64,000 nt of DNA, from positions 4,163-68,162 of the forward strand of contig DATBIR010000056.1 in the NCBI GenBank assembly GCA_036556825.1, read 5' to 3'. Of this stretch, positions 20,579-30,235 are shown in pieces. Within the stretch, counting starts at the first letter, position 1. The number at the start of each line of letters is the position of its first letter. The notes below the pieces were generated by a model that made no database searches, was not told where the DNA came from, and saw only the letters and a list, made by a program, of their open reading frames with translations. The stretch is from Beijerinckiaceae bacterium (GTDB taxonomy: Bacteria > Pseudomonadota > Alphaproteobacteria > Rhizobiales > Beijerinckiaceae). Made by a program: the position numbers and the translations under genes.

Positions 20579-21397
20579 CTATCTGCCCTCTGATTTCTGA
20601 TTCGCGATCCCTGTGATCCAGGCATGCGCCGGGTCGTTGTGGAAGCGCCAGGTACGTTTCGGGCCCGCCATGACGTTCAGGTAATACAGCGTGTAGCCGT
20701 GCGGCGCACCGACCGGATGGTAGCCGCGCGGCACCAGGGCGACATCCCGGTCTTCGAGGACGAGCGCCTCGTCGAGGTCTCGGTCGTCGGTGTAGATGCG
20801 CTGCAGCGCATAGCCCTGCGGCGGGTCGATGCGGTGGTAATAGGTCTCCTCGAGCAGCGATTCCTCCGGCAGGGCGTCGCGGTCGTGCTTGTGCGGCGGA
20901 TAACTCGACCAGTGGCCGGCGGGCGTGATCACCTCCACCACGAGCAGGCTGTGCGCCGGCTCGCCCTCGGGCAGGATGTTATGGACGTGGCGGATGTTGG
21001 TGCCGGTGCCCCGCGTCTCGGCGGCGACGTGTTCCGGCGTGATCAGACGCGGCGCATGGGCGCCGCCGCCTGGAGCGGAGCAAACGGCGAGCTCGACATC
21101 GGTGAGGGCCGCGACATGCCATGAGGTGTCCCTCGGGACATAGACGGCCCACGGCTTGCCTGCAAAGGGGGAGAGGCGCTCGCCGATCACGCCGAAATTC
21201 TGGCCTGCAGCCTTGGCGTTTGCCTTGCCGGCGACGACGACCAGGCAGACTTCTCGATCGCCCGTTTCGCCGCCGGCGGCCTCGCCCGGTCCGAGGCGGT
21301 GCACGTCGAATCCGACATGTCTCCAGCCGGCGCGCTCGGGTGTGACGTGGTGAATGCGGCCGTGAGAGCCGGACGGCCTTATGCGCAGTTTGGACAT
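20579..21397 (-). CDS. iolB: 5-deoxy-glucuronate isomerase
   Basis: WSSYPPHKHD, LEETYYH, VPRGYHP, YYLNVMAGP; iol gene context. Confidence 0.95.
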   Translation of the reverse strand: MSKLRIRPSGSHGRIHHVTPERAGWRHVGFDVHRLGPGEAAGGETGDREVCLVVVAGKANAKAAGQNFGVIGERLSPFAGKPWAVYVPRDTSWHVAALTDVELAVCSAPGGGAHAPRLITPEHVAAETRGTGTNIRHVHNILPEGEPAHSLLVVEVITPAGHWSSYPPHKHDRDALPEESLLEETYYHRIDPPQGYALQRIYTDDRDLDEALVLEDRDVALVPRGYHPVGAPHGYTLYYLNVMAGPKRTWRFHNDPAHAWITGIANQKSEGR

Positions 21398-21410
21398 GGC
21401 ACGCGTTCCT

Positions 21411-22343
21411 TTACCCGCTCGCCGGCGCCGCCCCGGCGTTGGTGCGCGAGCCGGGCGAGACCGCAAATCCGGCGTCGCCGAGATAGCGGCGCAGATTGGC
21501 GTAGCCCATGCGCGCATAGGTCAGGGGGTGCGCCTTGGCGGGATCCTGCTCGGCTTCGACCACCACCCAGCCGGAATAGCCGGACAGTTGGCCGAGCACG
21601 GCCGGATAATCCACGCAGCCATCGCCAGGCACCGTGAACACGCCGGCGATCACGGCATCGAGAAACGACAGACGGTCGCGTCTGGCACGCGCCATCACTT
21701 CGGCCCGCACGTCCTTGGCGTGGAGATGGCTGATCCGGTTGCGATAGGCTCGGGCCAGCTCAGCCGGGTCGACGCCCGCGAAGGTCGCGTGTCCGGTATC
21801 GAGAAGCAGATCGACTGACGGGCCGGTCACTTCCATCAGCGCATCGATGTCCGCATCGGACTGGACGATCGTGCCCATGTGGTGGTGGTAGACAAGCCGC
21901 AAGCCTTCGCCGAGCACGGCGTCGGCGACTGCGGTGAGCCGGCGGCCGAACTCCTGCCATTCGCCGTCGGCAAGCCTCGGTCGCTGGTCGAGGGGCATGC
22001 TGCGGTCGCCGTGGATGGCGTTGGAGGTTTCCGCGAAAACGAGCACCTTGCAGCCCATCGCCTTGAGGAGATCGAGATGCGGACGCAGCGCATGTAACTC
22101 GTCGTCGGGCGAACGGCGCAGCAGCTCGGCCGAATACCAGCCGGACACGAGATCGAGACCGAAGGGATCGAGGACCGCCCGGAGGGCGTTTGCCTCGCGC
22201 GGAAATTTGTGACCGAGCTCCATGCCCTCGAAGCCCGCCTCGCGCGCTTCGGCGAGGCATGTGTCAAGCGGCGTGGCTCCGCCGAGCTCGCGCAGGTCGT
22301 CGTTCGACCAGCCGATGGGGTTTGCGCCGATGCGGACGGTCAT
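21411..22343 (-). CDS. iolE: myo-inosose-2 dehydratase
   Basis: PIGWSNDD, YHHHMGT, LLDTGH, HAKD, VEAEQDP. Confidence 0.96.
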   Translation of the reverse strand: MTVRIGANPIGWSNDDLRELGGATPLDTCLAEAREAGFEGMELGHKFPREANALRAVLDPFGLDLVSGWYSAELLRRSPDDELHALRPHLDLLKAMGCKVLVFAETSNAIHGDRSMPLDQRPRLADGEWQEFGRRLTAVADAVLGEGLRLVYHHHMGTIVQSDADIDALMEVTGPSVDLLLDTGHATFAGVDPAELARAYRNRISHLHAKDVRAEVMARARRDRLSFLDAVIAGVFTVPGDGCVDYPAVLGQLSGYSGWVVVEAEQDPAKAHPLTYARMGYANLRRYLGDAGFAVSPGSRTNAGAAPASG

Positions 22344-22359
22344 GACATGCCTCCCACCG

Positions 22360-24213
22360 CTAGTCTCCCAGACGCTGGTTCTGCAGCGCAGTCTCGTAGG
22401 CGGCGCGCGCGGCGCGCACCTCGGCGCGATCGGACACCGCCGGCACGGCCACGTCCCACCAGTGTCCCCCCGCCTCGGTGGCTGCGAGCGGATCGGTGTC
22501 GATGACGATCACGCTGGTGCGTTCGGCGCGGCGGGCGCGGCGCAGTGCGTCCTCGAGATCGGCCAGGCTCGTCGCCTTCTCGGCGGCGGCACCGAGGCTT
22601 TCGGCGTGCGCACGAAAATCGATGTGCGGCGGCGTCACTTGGCGGCTGTGCTCGAACAGGTTGTTGAAGCTCTCGCCGCCCGTCGCACGCTGCAGCCGAT
22701 TGATGCAGCCGAAGCCGCGATTGTCGAGCACCACGATGACGAGCTTGAGTCCGAGCATGACCGAGGTCGCGATCTCGGAATTCATCATCAGATACGATCC
22801 GTCGCCGACCATCACGATCACTTCGCGGTCGGGCCGCGCCATCTTCACGCCGAGCCCGCCGGCGATCTCGTAGCCCATGCACGAATAGCCGTATTCGAGA
22901 TGATAGCCGCCCGGTTCCCCCGCATCCCACAACTTGTGCAATTCGCCAGGCAGCCCGCCGGCGGCGCAGACCACGATATCGCCCGGCGCCGCAATGCGCT
23001 GCACGGCTCCGATCACCTGCGCGTCCGATGGCAGCGCCACGTTGGTTGCGGCCTTCGCCTGCGCAGCCGCCGCCACCCAGGACGCCTTCTCCGTCCCGGC
23101 GCGCTGCGGCCACGCGTCCGGCGCGCGTCGCCCGGCGAGCGCCGCCGACAAGCGTTCCAACCCCACCCTGGCGTCAGCGACGAGCGGCATGGCGTGATGC
23201 TTGCCGGCGTCGAACGCCTGCACGTTGAGGCCGATCAGGCGCCGCTCGGGATTGCGGAATAGCGCCCACGAGCCGGTCGTGAAATCCTGCAGCCGTGTGC
23301 CGACCGCAAGCACCACATCGGCTTCGGCGGCGAGCGCGTTGGCGGCGCTCGTTCCGGTAACGCCGATGGCTCCGAGATTGAGGGCATGATCGTGCGGCAG
23401 CGCGCTCTTGCCGGCCTGCGTCTCCGCCACCGGCACGCCATGCGACTCGGCGAAGAGGCGGAGCGCGTCGGCAGCTTCCGAATAGTGGATGCCGCCGCCG
23501 GCAATGATCAGCGGCCGTCTGGCTCGCGCCAGCGCCGCCGCGGCTTCGACCAGCTCGCGTTCATCGGGACGGATTCGGCGGAGCTTCCAGACGTGCTCGG
23601 CAAAAAACGTCTCGGGATAATCGAACGCCTCGGCCTGCACGTCCTGGCACAGCGCCAGCGTGACTGGCCCGCACTCGGCCGGGTCGGTGAGGACGGCGAA
23701 AGCCCGCGGCAGCGCCGCGATGATCTGCTCGGGACGCGCGATGCGGTCGAAGTAACGCGACACCGGCCGGAAGCAGTCGTTCGCCGACACAGTGCCATCC
23801 CCGAAATTCTCGACCTGCTGCAGCACCGGGTCGGGCCGCCGGTTGGCGAAGACGTCGCCGGGCAGTAGCAGCACCGGCAGGCGGTTCACATGCGCCACCG
23901 CCGCGGCCGTGACCATGTTGGTGGCGCCCGGCCCGATCGATGTGGTGCACGCCATCAGACGCCGACGGCGGGACGCCTTGGCGAAGGCGATGGCGGCATG
24001 AGCCATCGCCTGCTCGTTATGGGCACGATAGGTCGGCAACCGCGTCCGCGCCTGCCACAACGCCTCGCCCAGTCCCGCCACGTTGCCGTGGCCGAAGATC
24101 GCCCACATGCCGGCGACGAGCGGCTCGACGCGGCCCTCGAATTCCGTCTTCTGTGCCGCCAGATAACGTACCAGCGCCTGCGCCATGGTCAGGCGAATCG
24201 ATCCTCGACTCAT
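22360..24213 (-). CDS. iolD: THcHDO acylhydrolase (ThDP-dependent)
   Basis: RLTMAQAL, IFGHGNVAG, PDPVLQQ, YHLEYGYSCMGYE, GDGSY. Confidence 0.96.
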   Translation of the reverse strand: MSRGSIRLTMAQALVRYLAAQKTEFEGRVEPLVAGMWAIFGHGNVAGLGEALWQARTRLPTYRAHNEQAMAHAAIAFAKASRRRRLMACTTSIGPGATNMVTAAAVAHVNRLPVLLLPGDVFANRRPDPVLQQVENFGDGTVSANDCFRPVSRYFDRIARPEQIIAALPRAFAVLTDPAECGPVTLALCQDVQAEAFDYPETFFAEHVWKLRRIRPDERELVEAAAALARARRPLIIAGGGIHYSEAADALRLFAESHGVPVAETQAGKSALPHDHALNLGAIGVTGTSAANALAAEADVVLAVGTRLQDFTTGSWALFRNPERRLIGLNVQAFDAGKHHAMPLVADARVGLERLSAALAGRRAPDAWPQRAGTEKASWVAAAAQAKAATNVALPSDAQVIGAVQRIAAPGDIVVCAAGGLPGELHKLWDAGEPGGYHLEYGYSCMGYEIAGGLGVKMARPDREVIVMVGDGSYLMMNSEIATSVMLGLKLVIVVLDNRGFGCINRLQRATGGESFNNLFEHSRQVTPPHIDFRAHAESLGAAAEKATSLADLEDALRRARRAERTSVIVIDTDPLAATEAGGHWWDVAVPAVSDRAEVRAARAAYETALQNQRLGD

Positions 24214-24214
24214 C

Positions 24215-26215
24215 TCACGCAGCTTCCCTCGTCGCGATCGCCTCGTCCCACGCATCCGACAGGTGCCGGAAGCGCGCCGCCATCTCGGCAACAGCCGCTC
24301 CATCCGCGAGGCGCCCGGCAAGCCAGCGCTCCGCCGCATCGGAAAAGATCGTCCGGCCGATGGCGAAACCTTTTACGATCGGATGGCGCGCGGCAAGTGC
24401 GAAGCTCGCGGCGAGCTGTTCCGCGCTCGCTTCCAGCCCGAGAAGCACCACGCCGCGGCAATAGGGATCGCCCTCGCGGATCGCTGTCTCGACGGCGCGC
24501 CAGGCCCCGCTGCTGGCCTGCGGCTCCAGTTTCCACCAGTCCGGCTTGATGCCAAGCGAGTAGAGCCGCCGCAGCACCGTTGCCACAGTCGTCTCGGTGA
24601 CGGGGCCGTGCGTGCCGGCGATGATCTCGACAAGCAGCTCGCGTCCGGTAGCCCGACACGCGTGATCAAGGCTGAGCAATGCCGCCTCCTGATCCTTCTT
24701 CATCTCGGAAGGATCGTCCGGATGGTAGAAGCACAGGGTCTTGACCGTATGCGCGAGCGGCCATTCGGCGAGGTGCGAGCCCAAATCAGGCGTGACGAAG
24801 GCGAGAGGGCGTGAGCCCGGCCGCTCCACCGGCCGGGCAATCCACAAGCCATGTCCGGCCGCATCGAACAGCGCCTCGCGGCCGTATTCGTCGTCGAGGA
24901 ACACGCCGAAACCGTTCCCATGGATCTCGCCTGCCGCGGAGATCCGTTCGCCGTCCGCGATACGCCCCTGCGCTGCGACCTGGGCTGCAGCGGTCACGGC
25001 CAGGCGCTTGAAGGCGGTAATCTTTTCGCGCGAGACGCCGAGGCGATCGGCGACACCCTCCAGGTGTGCGCGGTGGTCGATCGCCAACGCCTTGAGCGTG
25101 GCCGGTGCGGGCCGCCGCGTCGTCGCCCAATGGATGTGACCTAGCAGCCGGTCGCGGCGCAGCGCACGCGACGTGCTGCCATGCCGGAGGAAATGCTGCA
25201 GCTCATCCCAGGTCGGATATTCGGGCGAGCACAGGAGCCGGGAGACCGCGAAGGCGCCGCATGCATTGGCGTAGGCGCAGCACGTTTCCAGCGTCTCGCC
25301 GCGCAGCCAGCCGCGCAGAAACCCGGCCATAAACGCATCGCCGGCGCCGAGCACGTTGTAGACCTCGACCGGGAATCCTGGGCCCGTTACGCCGGCCTCG
25401 ATCGAATCCGGGATTGCGTTCGGGAACACGACGCAGCCCATCGGGCCGCGCTTGCACACGAGCGTGGCGCGCGTCAGCTTGCGCACCATGCGCAACGCTT
25501 CGAGCGTGTCCGGCACGCCGCCGAGGATATGCAGCTCCTCCTCGGTCCCGACGACGAGATCGCAATCCGGCAAGATCGTCTGCAGATGCCCGGTAACCGT
25601 GTCGGACCGGATGTAGCGCTCCTCGCCGGCGCCATGGCCGGCGAGGCCCCACAGATTGGGCCGGTAGTCGATGTCGAACGCTACGAGTCGCCCGGCTGCC
25701 TTGGCGGCCCGCATCGCCTTGCGGCTCATGGCATAGACGGACGCCGTCGAGAGATGCGTGCCGGATATGCAAACAGCCCTGGCCGAGGCAATGAAGGTCT
25801 CGTCGATGTCATCATCGCTGAGGCCCATATCGGCGCAGTTCTCGCGGTAGAAGATCAGCGGGAAGCGGCGGTCGCTCTCGACGCCCAGAACCGCGAGCGC
25901 CGTGAGCCGCTTTGCGTCGGTCTTGACGCCGCTCGTGATCAACCCCTCGCGCGCCAGCTGCTCGCGAATGAAGCGGCCAAAAGGCTCGTCGCCGACTGCC
26001 GTCACGACGCCGACCCTGAGGCCGAGCCGGGCGGCGCCGATGGCGGTGTTGGTAGGGCTGCCGCCGACCGACTTGGCGAAGCTCGCCATGTCCTCGAGTC
26101 GCCCGCCGATCTGCTGCCCGTATAGATCGACCGACGAACGCCCGACGGTAATGAGGTCGAGTTCTGGCTCGTCGTTCAGCTGGCCTGCCATTTCAGGTCC
26201 ACCGATTTCACCCAT
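24215..26215 (-). CDS. iolC: Bifunctional 5-dehydro-2-deoxygluconokinase / DUF2090 aldolase
   Basis: GRSSVDLYG, DIDYRP, NVLGAGDAF; C-terminal domain with LAIDHR, PDWWKLE, GFAIGRTIF. Start could be 26191. Confidence 0.96.
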   Translation of the reverse strand: MGEIGGPEMAGQLNDEPELDLITVGRSSVDLYGQQIGGRLEDMASFAKSVGGSPTNTAIGAARLGLRVGVVTAVGDEPFGRFIREQLAREGLITSGVKTDAKRLTALAVLGVESDRRFPLIFYRENCADMGLSDDDIDETFIASARAVCISGTHLSTASVYAMSRKAMRAAKAAGRLVAFDIDYRPNLWGLAGHGAGEERYIRSDTVTGHLQTILPDCDLVVGTEEELHILGGVPDTLEALRMVRKLTRATLVCKRGPMGCVVFPNAIPDSIEAGVTGPGFPVEVYNVLGAGDAFMAGFLRGWLRGETLETCCAYANACGAFAVSRLLCSPEYPTWDELQHFLRHGSTSRALRRDRLLGHIHWATTRRPAPATLKALAIDHRAHLEGVADRLGVSREKITAFKRLAVTAAAQVAAQGRIADGERISAAGEIHGNGFGVFLDDEYGREALFDAAGHGLWIARPVERPGSRPLAFVTPDLGSHLAEWPLAHTVKTLCFYHPDDPSEMKKDQEAALLSLDHACRATGRELLVEIIAGTHGPVTETTVATVLRRLYSLGIKPDWWKLEPQASSGAWRAVETAIREGDPYCRGVVLLGLEASAEQLAASFALAARHPIVKGFAIGRTIFSDAAERWLAGRLADGAAVAEMAARFRHLSDAWDEAIATREAA

Positions 26216-26344
26216 CGCCCGCCGCCGCCTCTCCCTCGGCCGCGCCTGAACCCGGCCTGCCCGTATCCAGCTTCACAAATAGCTTCACAAAATGCCGCGG
26301 GCCCGGCACCTCCTGCTTGCGCCCGTGCGAGTCGCCCTGCGTCA

Positions 26345-27169
26345 TCAAGGACGCCCGGACGGATGCGGAGCGGATTCGTAACACCCTGCCACCGACTGGT
26401 CGAAATCGATCACAGAGCCGGTCATCAGCCCGGATTCGGCGCTCACCAAAAAGGCGCAGGCGCGCGCCACTTCCACCGGCGCGATGAGACGGCCGAACGG
26501 CTGCTCGGCGGCGGCCTTCTCCAGCCAGCCATCCTGCGCGCCGTGGCAGAGGCGCATGATGCGGTCCTCGCCCGGCGTGTTCATCCAGCCGATGTTGAGT
26601 GCATTCACGCGGATTCGCCACGGCATGAGGCTGAAGGCGGCGTTCTTCGTGAGCGTCGCCAGCGCGCCTTTGGAGCCCGAATAGGCGGTTATGAAGGGCT
26701 GGCCGCCGTGCGCCGACATCGACAGAATGTTGACCATGGCGCCTTCGATGCGCTCGCGGCGCATGATCTTCGCCGCGTCCTGCATCAGGAAGAACGGCGC
26801 GCGCGTGTTCACCGCGAACATGCGATCGAACAACTCCGGCGACGTGTCGAAAATCGTCCCGCGGTCGGTGATCCCGGCTGCATTGACGAGCGCATCGACG
26901 CGCCCGAAGACGCGATCGGCATGTGCCACGACCGCGCGCGCGTCGTCGACGACGGCAAGGTCCGCGGGCACGTATTCGACGCGGCAACCTTGCCGGGCAA
27001 TATCGGCGGCGACAGCGGCGCCGCGCTCGGCGTTGCGCCCGCAGATCACGATGCCCCTGACCCCCCTTTCGGCGAACAGTCGCGCGATCGCTTCGCCGAG
27101 CCCCTGCGTCCCGCCGGTCACGACCGCGACCTTACCGCCGAGCTGCGCCCCATTTCTGTTGTGATCCAT
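26345..27169 (-). CDS. SDR family oxidoreductase (iol-associated)
   Basis: TGGTQGLG, NAAG, YSGSK. Confidence 0.92.
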   Translation of the reverse strand: MDHNRNGAQLGGKVAVVTGGTQGLGEAIARLFAERGVRGIVICGRNAERGAAVAADIARQGCRVEYVPADLAVVDDARAVVAHADRVFGRVDALVNAAGITDRGTIFDTSPELFDRMFAVNTRAPFFLMQDAAKIMRRERIEGAMVNILSMSAHGGQPFITAYSGSKGALATLTKNAAFSLMPWRIRVNALNIGWMNTPGEDRIMRLCHGAQDGWLEKAAAEQPFGRLIAPVEVARACAFLVSAESGLMTGSVIDFDQSVAGCYESAPHPSGRP

Positions 27170-27264
27170 GCGCCCCCTGTCCCCAACTTGTTGCGCGGAC
27201 CATCCTGCGCCGGTTGCAGGCAAATTTCCATCGGTTACTGTTTCGACCATTGGTCGATGGGACA

Positions 27265-28290
27265 ATGGGAATGGCCGGAAGCAAATTGCGGGTGGGACTC
27301 CTCGGGGCGGGCCGCATCGGCCGCATCCACGGTGGCAACATCGCCGCGCACCCGAACGCGCAACTGGTCGCGGTCGCGGACGCCAGCGTCCAGGCGGCGA
27401 GCGACCTTGCCCGGGCGACCGGGGCGGCGGTGCAAGACGTCGACGCCGTCCTTGGCTCCGGCGAGGTCGATGGCATCGTCATTTGCACGCCGACGGACAT
27501 GCATGCCGACCTGATCGAGCGGGCCGCCCGCGCCGGCAAGGCGATCTTCTGCGAGAAGCCGATCAGCCTGAACTCGGAACGCACGCGGGCCTGTCTCGAG
27601 GTCGTCGAGGAGGCGGGCGCCAAGCTCATGATCGGCTTCAACCGACGCTTCGATCCGAGCTTCGCGGCACTGCAGCAGCGCATCCGCGACGGCGAGATCG
27701 GCAAGGTCGAGATGGTCACGATCCTGTCGCGCGACCCGGCCCCGCCGCCTCCGGACTACCTCGTCCGCTCGGGCGGGCTGTTTCGTGACATGATGATCCA
27801 CGACTTCGACATGGCGCGCCACCTGCTCGGCGAGGAGCTCGTCGAGGTGCATGCCGTGGCCTCGTGCCTTGTCGACCCGGCGATTCGCGCGGCGGGAGAC
27901 GTCGACACCGCCGCCGTGATGATGAAGACCGCTTCCGGCAAGATCGCACAGATCTCCAACTCGCGACGCGCCAGCTACGGCTACGACCAGCGCATCGAGG
28001 TGCATGGCAGTCTCGGCCTGCTGGCCGCCGGCAACCGCCGCAGCACGACGGTCGAGCTGGCCAATGCTGGCGGCTACTCGCGCGATCCGGCCCTGCCCTT
28101 CTTTCTCGAGCGCTACGCCGAGGCCTACCGCGCCGAGCTCGATGCATTCGTGAGCGCTGTTCTCGCGGACCGGCCGCTCTCGCCGACGGGCGAGGACGGC
28201 CTCAAGGCGCAACGGCTCGCGGACGCGGCAACGGCCGCGGCGCGGACCGGCAAGGCGATGCGGCTTGCGGCCGGAACGGGTGCGCCATGA
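27265..28290 (+). CDS. iolG: myo-inositol 2-dehydrogenase
   Basis: GAGRIG, CEKP, GFNRRFDP, SRDP, DMMIHDFD, YGYDQR. Confidence 0.95.
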   Translation: MGMAGSKLRVGLLGAGRIGRIHGGNIAAHPNAQLVAVADASVQAASDLARATGAAVQDVDAVLGSGEVDGIVICTPTDMHADLIERAARAGKAIFCEKPISLNSERTRACLEVVEEAGAKLMIGFNRRFDPSFAALQQRIRDGEIGKVEMVTILSRDPAPPPPDYLVRSGGLFRDMMIHDFDMARHLLGEELVEVHAVASCLVDPAIRAAGDVDTAAVMMKTASGKIAQISNSRRASYGYDQRIEVHGSLGLLAAGNRRSTTVELANAGGYSRDPALPFFLERYAEAYRAELDAFVSAVLADRPLSPTGEDGLKAQRLADAATAAARTGKAMRLAAGTGAP

Positions 28291-29078
28291 TGCCGTCCGA
28301 CGATATCCTCGCGCTGCGCCTGCTCACCGCCGCCGCAATCGCGCGCGAGGCGGGCGGACTGGCGCGCCGGCATTTCCACAACCGCCCGAAAACCCTGCAG
28401 ATCGATTTCAAGGGCGACCAGGACTATCTGTCGGCGACGGACGCCGAGGTGGAGACGCTGATCCGCACCCGGCTGCAGCAGGCCTTCCCGAGCGACGGCT
28501 TTTACGGCGAGGAAGGCGGCGGCGCATTCGGCGACAACGTCTGGGTGGTCGACCCGATCGACGGAACCGCCAATTTCATGCGCCGCATCCCGCAGTTCTG
28601 CATCTCGATCGCCTTCGTACGCCAGGGGCACTGCGAAGTCGGCGTGATCTACGACCCCGTTCAGGACGAGCTCTTCGCCGCCCGGCGCGGCGGCGGCGCC
28701 ACGCTCGACGGACAGCCCATGCACGTCAGCGGGCTCACCGACATGCGGCAGGCCACGATCGAGGCCGGCTGGTCGACGCGCGTGCCGACCGAGGCCTACA
28801 CGGCCCTTGTCCAGACCCTCAAAAGCGAAGGCGCCGGGGTGCGGCGCGGCGGCTCGGGCGCGCTCGCCCTCGCCTATGTGGCTGACGGGCGCATCGACGC
28901 CTATTGCGAGTTGCACATGAATTCATGGGACGCCCTCGCCGGCCTCCTGCTGGTCCAGGAGGCCGGCGGCTGGACCAACAATTTCCTCGCCAACGAGGGT
29001 CTCAGCAAGGGCAATCCCATCCTCGGTTGCACACCTGCCCTCAAGCCCATCCTGCGTCGCGCCATGGGCCTCGGATGA
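28287..29078 (+). CDS. Inositol monophosphatase family protein
   Basis: GEE, WVVDPIDGTANF, RRGGS.AL, WD.LAG; ATGA overlap with the iolG stop codon. Confidence 0.93.
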   Translation: MMPSDDILALRLLTAAAIAREAGGLARRHFHNRPKTLQIDFKGDQDYLSATDAEVETLIRTRLQQAFPSDGFYGEEGGGAFGDNVWVVDPIDGTANFMRRIPQFCISIAFVRQGHCEVGVIYDPVQDELFAARRGGGATLDGQPMHVSGLTDMRQATIEAGWSTRVPTEAYTALVQTLKSEGAGVRRGGSGALALAYVADGRIDAYCELHMNSWDALAGLLLVQEAGGWTNNFLANEGLSKGNPILGCTPALKPILRRAMGLG

Positions 29079-29173
29079 GCGCGCAGCCAGGCACGCGGAA
29101 AGCACGTTGACGGGCGGCCTGATCGGGAATGAGATGGCCGGCACAAACAAAAGACGATCGGGAGGAGATCCGG

Positions 29174-30223
29174 ATGACGTTTCAGATCGATAGGCGGCTG
29201 CTGGGCCGGCTCGGGTTTTATGCGCTCGCGCTCGGTGCCGCGGTGGCGGCAACACCGGCCCGGGCCCAGGGCCAGCTCGTGCTCTACTGCGCCGTCAACG
29301 AGGAATGGTGCCGCGCCGCCGTGACGGCCTTCGAGCGCGATACCGGCATCAAAGTGGCGATGACGCGCAAAAGCTCGGGCGAGGTCTACGCACAGATCAA
29401 GGCCGAAGCCGCGAACCCGCGTGGCGACATCTGGTGGGGCGGGAGCGGCGACCCGCACATGCAAGCAGCCGAGGAAGGCCTCACGCTCGAATACAAATCG
29501 CCGAACATGGGCGCCCTGCAGGACTGGGCCGTACGGCAATGGGAGCAGTCCAAGAACCGCGCCGTCGGCATCTACTCGGGCGCCCTCGGCTTCGGCTACA
29601 ACACCAAGGAGCTTGCCGCGAAGAAACTCAACGAGCCGAAATGCTGGGCCGACCTCCTGGACGCGAAGCTGAGGGACGAGGTGCAGGTCGCCGACCCAAA
29701 CTCGTCGGGCACCGCCTATACGCTGCTGGCGACGGTCGTCCAGCTGATGGGCGAGGACAAGGGCTTTGATTACCTCAAGGCCCTGCACAAGAACATCAAC
29801 CAGTACACCAAATCGGGCGCAGCTCCCGCCAAGGCTACGGCCCTCGGCGAGACAGCGGTGGGCATCACCTTCATGCACGACATGATCACCATGGTGGTCG
29901 ACGGCGCCCCCGTGAAGGTGGTCGCCCCGTGCGAGGGCACCGGATACGAGATCGGCTCGATGTCGATCATCAAGGGCGCGCGCAACCTCGACAATGCGAA
30001 GAAGTGGTACGATTGGGCGCTCACGCCGGCGGCGCAGGCCCTCGGCGGCGAGACGAAGCAGTACCAGGTCCCATCCAACAAGAGCACGACGGTGCCGCCG
30101 CAGGCGCCGAAGCTCCAGGACATCAAGCTGATCAATTTCGATTTTGCGAAATACGGCTCTTCCGACGAGCGCCGCCGTCTGCTCTCGAAATGGGACCGGG
30201 AGGTCAAGAGCCTGCCCAAGTAG
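29174..30223 (+). CDS. afuA: AfuA-like ABC substrate-binding protein (sugar-phosphate type)
   Basis: LVLYC......C, NP.GDIWWGG, CWADL, P.SSGTAY, FMHD, PCEGTGYEIG. Confidence 0.8.
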   Translation: MTFQIDRRLLGRLGFYALALGAAVAATPARAQGQLVLYCAVNEEWCRAAVTAFERDTGIKVAMTRKSSGEVYAQIKAEAANPRGDIWWGGSGDPHMQAAEEGLTLEYKSPNMGALQDWAVRQWEQSKNRAVGIYSGALGFGYNTKELAAKKLNEPKCWADLLDAKLRDEVQVADPNSSGTAYTLLATVVQLMGEDKGFDYLKALHKNINQYTKSGAAPAKATALGETAVGITFMHDMITMVVDGAPVKVVAPCEGTGYEIGSMSIIKGARNLDNAKKWYDWALTPAAQALGGETKQYQVPSNKSTTVPPQAPKLQDIKLINFDFAKYGSSDERRRLLSKWDREVKSLPK

Positions 30224-30235
30224 GGAACGGATCGG

